Source of the DNA: Candidatus Magasanikbacteria bacterium RIFCSPHIGHO2_01_FULL_41_23 | Lineage (GTDB): Bacteria; Patescibacteriota; Patescibacteriia; Magasanikbacterales; UBA922 | Direction: 5' to 3' | DNA length: 64,000 nt | NCBI GenBank assembly: GCA_001782805.1 | Contig: MFPT01000019.1 | Span: 1,801-65,800, forward strand | Shown here: positions 50,540-60,133 of the stretch, in pieces | Layout: every line of letters starts with the position of its first letter | Position numbering within the stretch: position 1 is the first letter of the stretch | Notes under the pieces: generated by a model | What the model saw: the letters and a program-made list of their open reading frames with translations, nothing else | What the model was told of the DNA's origin: nothing | Databases searched by the model: none | Made by a program: the position numbers and the translations under genes

Positions 50540-51799
50540 ATGTTAGATATTAAATTCATCCGCGACAACAAAGATTTATTAAAACAGAATTGTAAAAACC
50601 GGAATGTCGAAGTTGATATTGACCGACTCATTGAGGTTGATGGACTTCGCCGTACAAAAATTGGCGAAGTTGAAGAATTGCGCGCGATGCGCAAGGCCGG
50701 ATCAAAAGCCAAACCGACATCGGAAGAAATTGAGCGTATGCGCGTGGTGGGGGAGGAGATTAAACAAAAGGAAACTGAACTCGCGGCGATTGAAATCGAA
50801 TACACAGAAATGATGATACGCGTGCCAAACATAACGCATCCCGAAACTCCGATTGGCGGGGAAGATAGTTACAGGGTGTTTGAAACCATCGGGGAGCCAA
50901 CGCAATTTGACTTTACCCCAAAAGATCATGAAGAATTATTGACCAACCTCAATTTAATTGATTTTGAGCGTGGCGCGAAAGTTGCCGGCGGTAAATTTTT
51001 CTTTTCCAAGGGTGATTTGGTTCGATTGAATCAAGCCTTAATTCATTATGGAATTGATGTGGTAACTGCGCATGGTTATGAATTAATAGAAACTCCTGAT
51101 CTGGCGCGTAACGAAATTCTGCAGGGGATTGGTTTCAACCCACGCGGTCTCGAATCGCAAATATATTCAATTGAAAACATGGATTTAAGTTTAATTGGCA
51201 CGGCCGAAATTACGGTTGGCGGATATCATAAAGATGAAATTTTGGATTTAACACCTGGGCCAAAAAAATATGTTGCGCTTTCGCATTGTTTCCGCACCGA
51301 AGCCGGCGCGTACGGTCGCGAAAGTAAAGGATTATATCGCGTGCATCAATTTACAAAACTGGAAATGTTTGTGTATTGTAAACCCGAAGACAGCGAAGCA
51401 ATGCACCAAGAATTATTAGCGATTGAAAAAGAAATTTGCGACGGACTTGGTTTGTCCTATCGTGTGATTGATATCGCGAGCGGAGATTTGGGCGGACCGG
51501 CGTATCGTAAGTTTGATATTGAAGCTTGGATGACAATGAATGGTTCGGCAAGCTCACCACAAGGAGGCTTCGGTGAAATTACGAGCACGAGTAATTGTAC
51601 GGATTATCAGGCACGACGTTTGAACATTCGTTATCGGACTGAAAACGGTGAAACAAATTTTGTGCATACTCTAAACGGTACGGCGATTGTGACGAGCCGA
51701 TTTCCCATCGCGATTGTAGAACAATATCAACAAGAGAATGGCACGATCAAAATGCCTGAAGTTTTGCAAAAATATTTAGGAAAAAAAATAATCGGTTAG
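50540..51799 (+). CDS. serS: Serine--tRNA ligase
   Basis: MLDIKFIR, GTAE, CFRTEAG, GLYRVHQF, SNCTDYQARR, HTLNGT. Confidence 0.97.
   Translation: MLDIKFIRDNKDLLKQNCKNRNVEVDIDRLIEVDGLRRTKIGEVEELRAMRKAGSKAKPTSEEIERMRVVGEEIKQKETELAAIEIEYTEMMIRVPNITHPETPIGGEDSYRVFETIGEPTQFDFTPKDHEELLTNLNLIDFERGAKVAGGKFFFSKGDLVRLNQALIHYGIDVVTAHGYELIETPDLARNEILQGIGFNPRGLESQIYSIENMDLSLIGTAEITVGGYHKDEILDLTPGPKKYVALSHCFRTEAGAYGRESKGLYRVHQFTKLEMFVYCKPEDSEAMHQELLAIEKEICDGLGLSYRVIDIASGDLGGPAYRKFDIEAWMTMNGSASSPQGGFGEITSTSNCTDYQARRLNIRYRTENGETNFVHTLNGTAIVTSRFPIAIVEQYQQENGTIKMPEVLQKYLGKKIIG
51541..51563. repeat. 24-nt hairpin element in frame in serS (GSASSPQG)
   Basis: Reverse complement CTTG-TGGT-GA-G-CTTGC-C-GA-ACCA (stem covaried relative to CCCT/AGGG). 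Confidence 0.8.
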
Positions 51800-51826
51800 T
51801 AGTATAGATAAAACGCAATACACTCT

Positions 51827-52594
51827 ATGTCAAGCATAATTTTATCACAAAAAGCAGTTTTAATAATTCTTCCCGGTTGGGGAGGCACGCGTCAAACGTG
51901 GCATGAATTTATTAGATTGGCGGAAAAAGATTTTGAAGTTAGGTGTCTTGAATTACCTTGTTTTGGAGCTGAACCAGAACCTGATTCTGTTTGGGGAATT
52001 TCCGAGTATGTTGAATTTGTAAAAAACAAGATTTTGGAAATTAATTATTCATCTAGCGCTAGTGGACAAAAATCAGATCGAAAATTAATTATTTTAGGTC
52101 ATTCTTTTGGCGGTCAGGTTGCTGTCCAGCTCGTTGGTACCAATTCAATTATTTGTGATACACTGATATTAAGTGGCCCGGCGATTTTTCGGAAAAATTG
52201 GTCATTTAAAGCTTTGATTTTTTGGCCAATCGCGAAATTGGGTAGATTATTTTTTTCCGTTTCCCCATTTAAAAAATTAGAAAAAACAGTTCGTCACGTA
52301 TTCTACAAATTAATTGATTCTCCTGATTATACACAAACATCAGGCCGCACTCGAGCCATTTTTCAAAAAATAACCAAACAAGATGTTTCGGAATTTCTGC
52401 CACAAATAACGGTTCCGACTTTGGTGATAGCCGGAGAAGGTGATACCTCTGTTTCAGCATCGGCCAGCGCTCGCGCGGCGCGATTAATTCGGAAGGCTAC
52501 GTTTGTTTCTGTTTCAAACGGTACACATGGACTACATCGTCAAAATCCAATAGAGTTTTTGAGCATAATAAAAAACTATTTAACTTCCTTATAA
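51827..52594 (+). CDS. Alpha/beta hydrolase
   Basis: LPGWGG, GHSFGG nucleophile elbow, GEGD, GTHG. Confidence 0.9.
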   Translation: MSSIILSQKAVLIILPGWGGTRQTWHEFIRLAEKDFEVRCLELPCFGAEPEPDSVWGISEYVEFVKNKILEINYSSSASGQKSDRKLIILGHSFGGQVAVQLVGTNSIICDTLILSGPAIFRKNWSFKALIFWPIAKLGRLFFSVSPFKKLEKTVRHVFYKLIDSPDYTQTSGRTRAIFQKITKQDVSEFLPQITVPTLVIAGEGDTSVSASASARAARLIRKATFVSVSNGTHGLHRQNPIEFLSIIKNYLTSL

Positions 52595-52599
52595 CAAAC

Positions 52600-54216
52600 A
52601 TGTTTGCACTCCTTAATCCATTCAATATTGTCATTTTTGGTCTCTGGTCAATCAGTGCCATTCTAGACTATGTGGAATTTTGCCACATCTGGCAATTAAA
52701 AGAATATCGCATTGATCGCATGCGTGATTTTTTTTCTACCAAACAAGGTCAAAGTTGGTGGCTAAATTATTTTTTGTTGATTCGAATTTTTTTGGTTTTT
52801 TTGGTTTATTTTTGGCCGATCAATGAAATTGTTCATTTAAAGCTTGGTATCTTGGCCTGGTTTACGGTTGATGTATTGTATCATGTCAGTCGATTGTTGC
52901 GCCGTTCTCTCCGCTATCCCAATCCAACAGTAAAAGCCGTACTGTTGATTATCTCGGCTTTTTTATTTGAATTTAATTTGGCTATTCTTTCCCGCGATTG
53001 GAACGTGGTTTTTTTCTTTCTCATTGCTCGTTTTTTTGTTATTAGTTTTTTGGTTTTGGTGTTGAATCAAATAACGCATAGGATTAAAGAATGGATTATC
53101 TGGCGCGCCACCAAAAAAATTGCCACATATCAAAAGCTGATTGTAATTGGAATTACGGGCAGTTATGGGAAATCAAGCGTCAAGGAATATCTGAGTCAAA
53201 TTTTGGCGGAAAAATATAGAATTCTTAAAACTCCGGGTAATACCAATACTGATATTGGAGTGGCCAAGTTTATTTTGCGATCTGATTTAGACAGTGTAGA
53301 TATTTTTGTGGTGGAAATGGGAGCTTATCAGATTGGCGAAATAAAAAAAATCTGTGGGATTGTCAAACCAAAAATCGGAATTTTGACGGCAATCATTGAA
53401 CAGCATTTGTCATTATTTGGTTCAATTGAAAATATCCAGGAGGCCAAGTACGAATTATTGCGTGCTATTCCGCGCGATGGTTTAGTTATCACCAACGCGG
53501 ACAATATTTTTTGTTCGGAATTATTACCGAATTTAGATTGCGAGCGCAAAGAAACATTTGGCGAGGATATAAAAAATATGCCTGATTGTTTGATTTCCGA
53601 TATTAAAACCAAAGCTGAATTTGCCGTAGAGTGGAACATTGATTATCAAGAAGGAACATTATCTTTCTCCGCTCCGCTTTTGGGCGCGCATCAAGCAAAC
53701 AATATTACTCCGGCAATTATGGTGGCGCGTTATTTGGGAGTCTCTGTTAATCAGATTACCCATGCGGTTAGCCATTTGCGTCCGGGGGAAAAAGCTTTGT
53801 CGGTATATCAGTATGGCCGAGCAACGATTATTGATGATACGTATAATTCCAATCCGGTTGGTTTCAAAGCGTCGCTCAGTATTCTAACTTCATTTCCATC
53901 CACTCTTCCGCGAATCGTCATTACGCGTGGCATGTTGGAATTGGGTGAAAAAACTCGTGAATATCATGAGCAAATCGGTGAAGAAATTTCGTTTTCCGCC
54001 GATGAGTTAATCATCATTACTCCGGATTTTGTGGAAGATTTTATGGCGGGAATCAGCGCACTCAAAGATAAATATCGCTTGAAGGATGTAAAAACAATTT
54101 TTTCAGCAGTGGAATTGCTTGAATATATTAAGAATCGAAGTCATGAGCCGGTCATAATTTTATTGGAAAATAGAATGCCGTTGAATGTGTATCAGGAAAT
54201 AAAGAAAAATATATGA
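52600..54216 (+). CDS. MurF-like Mur ligase with N-terminal TM helices
   Basis: GITGSYGKSSVK, VEMGA, IDDTYNSNP, GMLELG. Confidence 0.85.
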   Translation: MFALLNPFNIVIFGLWSISAILDYVEFCHIWQLKEYRIDRMRDFFSTKQGQSWWLNYFLLIRIFLVFLVYFWPINEIVHLKLGILAWFTVDVLYHVSRLLRRSLRYPNPTVKAVLLIISAFLFEFNLAILSRDWNVVFFFLIARFFVISFLVLVLNQITHRIKEWIIWRATKKIATYQKLIVIGITGSYGKSSVKEYLSQILAEKYRILKTPGNTNTDIGVAKFILRSDLDSVDIFVVEMGAYQIGEIKKICGIVKPKIGILTAIIEQHLSLFGSIENIQEAKYELLRAIPRDGLVITNADNIFCSELLPNLDCERKETFGEDIKNMPDCLISDIKTKAEFAVEWNIDYQEGTLSFSAPLLGAHQANNITPAIMVARYLGVSVNQITHAVSHLRPGEKALSVYQYGRATIIDDTYNSNPVGFKASLSILTSFPSTLPRIVITRGMLELGEKTREYHEQIGEEISFSADELIIITPDFVEDFMAGISALKDKYRLKDVKTIFSAVELLEYIKNRSHEPVIILLENRMPLNVYQEIKKNI

Positions 54217-55430
54217 AGTCTTTTATTTTTACGGGATTTTCACCAAACACACGCGCCGAAGATGCTTGGCTGGCTTTTAAATTATTATTAACCCTCCCCA
54301 AACAATTATTTTTACATAATGCCACGCGAAAATTAGAACAGTGGTTTCGCGAATATTTTTCCTGTTCGTACGCGATTGCTTTTGACAGCGGAAGATCCGC
54401 TTTGCAAAAGGCTTTGGAAGTCAATGACATTGGTCATAATGACGAGGTTATTCTCCAAGCATTTACTTGTATTGTGGTCGCGAATGCCGTAACTAATTTG
54501 GGTGCAACGCCAATTTACGCGGATTGCACTGATACCTATACGCTTAATCCCGCAGACGTAAAGAAAAAAATTACCCAAAAAACCAAGGCAATTATAATTC
54601 AGCATACGTTTGGTATACCGGCTCAATTGGAAGAATTATTGGCCATTGCCAGAGAACGCAAACTTTTGGTAATTGAAGATTGTGCCCATTCACTTGGCAA
54701 TGTACATCAAGGAAAATTACTTGGTACATTTGGTGACTTAGCAATGTTTAGTTTTGGAACTGACAAAGTAATATCGGGCGTGCGTGGCGGTATGATTATT
54801 ACCAATAATAAAAAATGCGGTGACTTGCTTCAAAAAATTCGAGATGATTTGCCCCAATTGTCCATACTGGTTCAACTGCAACATTTACTGCATCCCATTT
54901 TTTTCTTTATTGGCAAAAATATTTACCATCTTTTTATTGGCAAAGTTATTCTTTTTTTAGGACAAAAATTTAGAATTGTCAATCGAATTATTTATTCAGC
55001 TGAAAAAGAGGGGAGAGTGCCTGTGTGGTTTCCGGCGCAAATGCCAAATGTTTTGGCCACACTTGCTTTCAACCAAATAAAAAATTTGGATGCTTGGAAT
55101 ATGGCGCGGCAAAAAAATTCCGCTTTTTATGCAAAACAATTATTAAACAAAATTGGTGTCCAAATAAATGATAATCAAGGCGCGTGGCTACGTTTTCCTT
55201 TGGAAGTAACTAATCCAATTCAATTAAAGCATAAGGCGCTTAAGAGTAGAATTATTTTGGGCGATTGGTATTCTTCTCCTGTCGCGCCGATTGACAGTTC
55301 AAGTGAATCAGCCAAATATATGGCAGGCTCATGTCCAAATGCTGAGAGAATCAGCAAACATATTATAAATCTTCCGACCGACCAATTTTTAAGTGAGGAA
55401 GATTTGCAACGAGTGACCGCGCTATTCTAA
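54213..55430 (+). CDS. DegT/DnrJ/EryC1/StrS PLP aminotransferase
   Basis: SGRSAL, QHTFG, IEDCAH, FSFGTDK (PLP lysine). Confidence 0.9.
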   Translation: MKSFIFTGFSPNTRAEDAWLAFKLLLTLPKQLFLHNATRKLEQWFREYFSCSYAIAFDSGRSALQKALEVNDIGHNDEVILQAFTCIVVANAVTNLGATPIYADCTDTYTLNPADVKKKITQKTKAIIIQHTFGIPAQLEELLAIARERKLLVIEDCAHSLGNVHQGKLLGTFGDLAMFSFGTDKVISGVRGGMIITNNKKCGDLLQKIRDDLPQLSILVQLQHLLHPIFFFIGKNIYHLFIGKVILFLGQKFRIVNRIIYSAEKEGRVPVWFPAQMPNVLATLAFNQIKNLDAWNMARQKNSAFYAKQLLNKIGVQINDNQGAWLRFPLEVTNPIQLKHKALKSRIILGDWYSSPVAPIDSSSESAKYMAGSCPNAERISKHIINLPTDQFLSEEDLQRVTALF

Positions 55431-55442
55431 TTTTCATTGTCT

Positions 55443-56492
55443 ATGACACTAAGAGTTATTAAAGATATTGATCCTCAGCTGTGGAATGTATTTTTGAAAA
55501 AACAAATCTTTACTATTTTTGTTCAGTCGCCGGATTATGGTGATTTTTATCGCTCAATGAGCGAAAAAGCTTGGATTTGGGGGATTGTTGACGAATCAAA
55601 CAATTTAGTTGGCGGTTCCTTGATTGTAAGCGTCCATGCTCGGCGCGGTAATTTTATTTTTGTGCCGTATGGACCAATTTTTGATTCTGAATTAACAGAA
55701 GACGAATTAAAAACCGCATTTGATATTTTTATAAAAGAGTTGCAGTTGTTTGCTCATAAAGAGAAGTATGATTTTATTCGGTGCAGTCCTTTTTTTGCCG
55801 ATACACCAAACTGGCGTGAAGCTTTTTCCCAACGTGGATTTCGTTTAGCACCCATGCATATTTTGGCTGAATATACCTGGCTTTTGGATATTACCAAAAG
55901 CGAAGATGAATTGCTAAAAGGAATGGAAAAGAATCACCGTAATTTGATTCGTCGGTGTGAAAAAGAGGGGATTAGAGTTGATATTTCAGTCACGTCAGAG
56001 GCATTGGTTGATTTCAATGATCTGCTTGATGCCACGGCTCTTCGTCAAAATTTTCATCGCTTTCCAATTGAGTATATTAAAAAAGAGTTTTTTAGTTTTG
56101 CGTTACGTGGAGAAGCAGTGGTAATTCGCGCTTATTTGCCAGATGGAACACTTGATACAGCAGGGATTTTTATGTTTTATGGTACCATGTCCTGTTATCG
56201 GCACGCCGCTTCAAAATTAACTGACAAAAAAATTCCCACATCGTATTCAGTCCAGTGGACAGCAATTCAAGAAGCCAAGCGTCGCGGCTGTACACGGCAT
56301 AATTTTTGGGGAATTGCCCCGCCCGATGCCGACAGCAGTCATCCTTTTTATGGTTTGACACATTTTAAAAAAGGATTTGGCGGACAACCTTACGCGCTTC
56401 TGCCTTGCCATGATTTGCCAATCAGCTGGCGATATTGGTTTACTTGGTTTGTGGAAAAAATACGAAGTGTCAAGCGGGGATTTGCTAAGTAA
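55443..56492 (+). CDS. FemABX-family aminoacyl-tRNA-dependent peptidyltransferase
   Basis: FVQS, PYGP, LDITKSEDELL, NFWGI, THFKKGFGG. Confidence 0.9.
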   Translation: MTLRVIKDIDPQLWNVFLKKQIFTIFVQSPDYGDFYRSMSEKAWIWGIVDESNNLVGGSLIVSVHARRGNFIFVPYGPIFDSELTEDELKTAFDIFIKELQLFAHKEKYDFIRCSPFFADTPNWREAFSQRGFRLAPMHILAEYTWLLDITKSEDELLKGMEKNHRNLIRRCEKEGIRVDISVTSEALVDFNDLLDATALRQNFHRFPIEYIKKEFFSFALRGEAVVIRAYLPDGTLDTAGIFMFYGTMSCYRHAASKLTDKKIPTSYSVQWTAIQEAKRRGCTRHNFWGIAPPDADSSHPFYGLTHFKKGFGGQPYALLPCHDLPISWRYWFTWFVEKIRSVKRGFAK

Positions 56493-56495
56493 AAT

Positions 56496-57326
56496 ATGCG
56501 GGTTTTTAAACAAAAAAAAATTAGACGAGTCCTTAGGCATAATTTTTCTTTTCAGAGTGGATCGGAAAAATTGGATATTAAGAAGATGACATTAAAAAAT
56601 AAATTATTTGGATTTTTAAGTATCTTGGCTTTAATCAGTATTATTGGACTTTTTATTTGGCATCCGGCATTTAAAATTAGAATTATTACCTTGACTGGAC
56701 TTGAGCGTACTGATTATGCTGAAGTTCGTCGCACAGCCGAAAACATCTTGGGCAGTCAACGATTTGGTTTTTTACCGCGCAATAATTATTTTTTAATCAA
56801 TGAATCCGAGCTTGAGGAAATTATTGTAAATAGATTTTTTTTTGAAGCGATAAAAATCACTAAGAAATTCCCCAATTCGCTATTGATCAAGGTGTATGAA
56901 CGTCAGCCAGTAGCAATTATACAGAAGGAAGATTCTCGTAGTCTGGTTGACTCCAATGCCTTAATTGTAGAAAAGCTTAGTCAGATTGATGTCACTACCT
57001 CAACAAAAAACAATTTTCCGTTATTAGTTTATTTAGATGGGATATCAAGCCAACCGGAAAAAGACAAACAATTAGTCGAAGGGGTTTTGGCTTGGAATAA
57101 TTTTATAACCAAGTCACTCAATGTGTCTGTAATTAATTATGTGATTGAAACAGAAACCAGCGGAATGATTGTTATTGAAGATGGCTGGCGTATATTGGCG
57201 AATTTTACCGAAAATCGTGAAGCGCAATTTACGGCACTCAACGCCGCGTTTAAACAAAATAATTTTAGCACAGAAGGTCTACGATATATTGATGTTCGTT
57301 ATCCGGGGAGGGCATACTGGCAATAG
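56496..57326 (+). CDS. FtsQ/DivIB-like POTRA protein
   Basis: Basic N-terminus, single TM, KKFPNSLLIKVYERQP, YIDVRYPGRAY. Confidence 0.8.
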   Translation: MRVFKQKKIRRVLRHNFSFQSGSEKLDIKKMTLKNKLFGFLSILALISIIGLFIWHPAFKIRIITLTGLERTDYAEVRRTAENILGSQRFGFLPRNNYFLINESELEEIIVNRFFFEAIKITKKFPNSLLIKVYERQPVAIIQKEDSRSLVDSNALIVEKLSQIDVTTSTKNNFPLLVYLDGISSQPEKDKQLVEGVLAWNNFITKSLNVSVINYVIETETSGMIVIEDGWRILANFTENREAQFTALNAAFKQNNFSTEGLRYIDVRYPGRAYWQ

Positions 57327-57384
57327 AAATATACTGTCGCACAATATATCTTATGCGACGCTACAGATTAAATTAAATTATTTA

Positions 57385-57930
57385 TTAGGCCATCAATGTA
57401 CCAGAATTCTCATAAAATTTAATATACGTATCTCTGAGCAGTCGCGCATCAGTGAGCGCGTTATGTTCGGTATACTTTTCTTTATCAATATTTAAGGATT
57501 TAAAAAATTCATGTTTTCCCATAGAGTTTGGCGAATAGCCAAGGCCAAATAAAATTGAGGCAAAATCAATCGGAATCCAGTACGCGGGATGTTCCTTAGT
57601 TGAGCCGAAAAGTTCGTACCAAAAAATCGCATCAAATTGATTGACATAAGCCATCAAGTATGGCTGGCTGTCGCCAATAAAAGTGCGAATTTTTTCGCAA
57701 GCAATTTCTTTGGTAATTTTTTCTTTATTTAAATAGGGGATGACTTTTTCCTCTACCCAAGGATGGACTGTCCCCTTGTACTCTAATTCTAAATATAATT
57801 CTTCGCCTGTATATTTAATCAATCCAATGGACAACAACTCCCCTGTTTTGGCGTTAAGATCAGTGAATTCAGTGTCAAGAAAAACAATATTATCTGAGTA
57901 TGGTTTGATCGGTATATTATTCTTCTCCAT
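57385..57930 (-). CDS. DEDDh 3'-5' exonuclease
   Basis: FLDTEFT (ExoI), QFD (ExoII), HNALTDA (ExoIII). Confidence 0.85.
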   Translation of the reverse strand: MEKNNIPIKPYSDNIVFLDTEFTDLNAKTGELLSIGLIKYTGEELYLELEYKGTVHPWVEEKVIPYLNKEKITKEIACEKIRTFIGDSQPYLMAYVNQFDAIFWYELFGSTKEHPAYWIPIDFASILFGLGYSPNSMGKHEFFKSLNIDKEKYTEHNALTDARLLRDTYIKFYENSGTLMA

Positions 57931-57976
57931 ACAAAATGATAATTAAGACAATAATGTGTATGAAGAATATCAAAGT

Positions 57977-58585
57977 TTATGCATATTGACAAATGAGATT
58001 AGATTTTTGTTCGAATCTGTTATGCATCTTTTCTTCAGTAATAACGGTATAAACACTCACGCCATTTAACTCTTGCCACACATCATAATGCGGTTTGGTA
58101 AAATGTTTAATAATATATTTTTTTGGCAAAATTGCAAAATCGTAAGCGGAAAAAATGTTTAAGCGGCGCATATAATCAGCCGTGTTCGGACCCACTCCCC
58201 AAATTTTGTCGATCAGAAAGTCTCGCAAATATTCAGGCAAATCCTTTTGCGTAATAATACCCACGCCGTTTGGCTGATTGGTTGTTGAAGCCAATTTTGC
58301 CAATACTTTTGTCGGCGCCAAACCCACGGAAATCGTAATGCCTAATTCTTTTTTAACCGTTTGCCGAATTTTTTCCGCAATGTCTTCGTAACTGTTGAAT
58401 ATTGTTTCCAAACCGGTAATATCCAAAAATCTTTCATCATTATTATATTCTTCCACCATATTCGTAAAACGACGTAAAATTGCGAGAAGTCGTCGCCGTT
58501 CTGCTTGAGCTTGTTCAAACCGAGCAAAACAGGAATCGGCTTGGATGTGCACAATAGCTTGGGGAAATAATGTATTGTTAAACAT
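57977..58585 (-). CDS. Degenerate, truncated Y-family DNA polymerase (DinB/UmuC-like)
   Basis: Start ATG 58585 overlaps the lexA stop; IVHIQADSCF, NNDERFLDITG, SVGLAPTKVLAKLAS, KIWGVGPNT; fingers and little-finger domains missing. Confidence 0.8.
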   Translation of the reverse strand: MFNNTLFPQAIVHIQADSCFARFEQAQAERRRLLAILRRFTNMVEEYNNDERFLDITGLETIFNSYEDIAEKIRQTVKKELGITISVGLAPTKVLAKLASTTNQPNGVGIITQKDLPEYLRDFLIDKIWGVGPNTADYMRRLNIFSAYDFAILPKKYIIKHFTKPHYDVWQELNGVSVYTVITEEKMHNRFEQKSNLICQYA

Positions 58586-59159
58586 ATTTGCGAATAACAC
58601 TGGATACAACTCCGGCAATGTGTAATTCTTGGCGCGGATGAATATCAGGATAATTTTTGTTGGCCGGACGCAGGATTGTGCGCTCACCGCGTTTAATATA
58701 GTATTTCATGGTCCAATCATGGTCTACTTCGGCCACTACAATGTCTCCGGTTTTTGGATTACGCTTGCGATCGACAATTACCATGTCTCCTTGCATTATT
58801 CCGGCATCAATCATGGAATCCCCCGAAACCGTGAGCATATAACTGGATTCAGGATGTTCAATTAACCAGCGATCCAAACTCACAGTACTTGTCTCGACTT
58901 CTTCTTCGGCTGTAGTGGGAAATCCGGCCTGTACTGTTCCCAATACTCTTAATCCGTATAATCGTTCCGTGGGCATTAACTTTCCCGTACTTCCTTTCTC
59001 CAGTATCCCCTCTTCAATAAATTTTTGGACGTATCTGTGTAATGATCCCTTTGATTTGAGGTCAAACAGTTTGACCATTTCATCGTACGTTGGCAGGTGC
59101 TTAAATTTATGAAAGTAATTAATTAATTTTTTCTTGCGAGCGTCGTAGGTATGGCTCAT
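58578..59159 (-). CDS. lexA: LexA-family repressor / S24 peptidase
   Basis: N-terminal wHTH (PTYDEM...KSKGS), Ala-Gly cleavage site (VQAGFP), GDSM serine, TMK lysine. Confidence 0.88.
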   Translation of the reverse strand: MSHTYDARKKKLINYFHKFKHLPTYDEMVKLFDLKSKGSLHRYVQKFIEEGILEKGSTGKLMPTERLYGLRVLGTVQAGFPTTAEEEVETSTVSLDRWLIEHPESSYMLTVSGDSMIDAGIMQGDMVIVDRKRNPKTGDIVVAEVDHDWTMKYYIKRGERTILRPANKNYPDIHPRQELHIAGVVSSVIRKYV

Positions 59160-59168
59160 ATAATGGAA

Positions 59169-59999
59169 TCATATATTTAACAAATTTTTATCATTATTTG
59201 GAGTAATTACTTTTTTGCCAGTTTTATTTTCAATACTTTTACGGGCATCGCCAGCAATTTTTCCTCCGGTTCTGGCCACTTCCTTATTTTCTTGAAAAGT
59301 TTCCGGATTTTTAGTTTTTGAGATTTCTGTGGTGGCGGTCTCGGCTAACATGTTCAGTACTAGCTCTAAATTCGTCATGTTGTCGCGTAAATTTTCTTTA
59401 GTTAGACCCTTTAATTTTTTATAATTTTTAGTTTTAATTCCAGTCCAGGCTTTGGTTATCTCATCAGTCAAAATAGCAAATTGAAAACCTTCCTTTATCC
59501 CTCTTTTCTCCCATTCATTAGTTAAATCTTTTCTAACCTCAATACTCTTTAGTCTTTGGTTGATCCATTCCGAACCGTATCCTTTTTGAGCATAAATTCT
59601 GAGTGCGCGATTTATACTTAGCTCTGGGTCAGCTATTTCTTCCAGTCTTTCATAACCCACTTGAGCGAGCCAAAGTTTGAAAGGTTCGGCTTTTGGAGAT
59701 GGAATTGACTGGATAATGCGGAGAATTGTTTCTGTATCGGCTGCGTCAGTTAACCGGCTTTTTCCATCCTGAGCAATCATTTTCAACTGGTTACATTTTG
59801 TAACCGTTTGACTTCCTTCTCCCCTTAACCTGTTTTTAAGAACTTTCCAATAGTTTCGAGCTAATTGAAAATCGAGCTGTTCAGTCAGAATCTGAATAAC
59901 ATCGACCACTGAAAAATACCACAGCTCTCTGGAGTCATCCCAAAGCCGACGGATTTGTTTGCCTTCAAATAAAGCAACTTTAGTATTTTTTGTTTCCAT
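59169..59999 (-). CDS. Bro-N domain protein (phage antirepressor-like)
   Basis: FEGKQIRRLWD...WYFSVVDVI...RNYWKVLK...QSIPSPKAEPFKLWLA; LRDNMTNLEL. Confidence 0.85.
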   Translation of the reverse strand: METKNTKVALFEGKQIRRLWDDSRELWYFSVVDVIQILTEQLDFQLARNYWKVLKNRLRGEGSQTVTKCNQLKMIAQDGKSRLTDAADTETILRIIQSIPSPKAEPFKLWLAQVGYERLEEIADPELSINRALRIYAQKGYGSEWINQRLKSIEVRKDLTNEWEKRGIKEGFQFAILTDEITKAWTGIKTKNYKKLKGLTKENLRDNMTNLELVLNMLAETATTEISKTKNPETFQENKEVARTGGKIAGDARKSIENKTGKKVITPNNDKNLLNI

Positions 60000-60038
60000 A
60001 ATTTTCTTTTAAAAAAAATATTGCAACCGGATAAAAGT

Positions 60039-60067
60039 AGTATAGAGAACATTTGTTCTCATAGCAA
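60039..60067 (-). promoter_or_regulatory. sigma70 promoter with a LexA-type operator filling its spacer
   Basis: TTGCTA-17 bp-TATACT; spacer holds the palindrome GAGAAC-N4-GTTCTC (60045-60060); TTATCCACA DnaA-box match at 60077-60085. Confidence 0.8.
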
Positions 60068-60133
60068 GAGAAGTTGTGTGGATAACTTTTTAATTAATAC
60101 CTCCCCGATTGGCTTCGGGGTAAAAGAAATTCA

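Noticed and set aside
52049-52070. SSSASGQ loop with CTAGCGCTAG palindrome in the alpha/beta hydrolase
   Set aside because: Lacks the GA/GA core; may be chance
58586-58687. N-terminal extension of the polymerase ORF suggesting a long overlap or frameshift fusion with lexA
   Set aside because: An ATG at 58585 overlapping the lexA stop gives ordinary translational coupling; no slippery site seen
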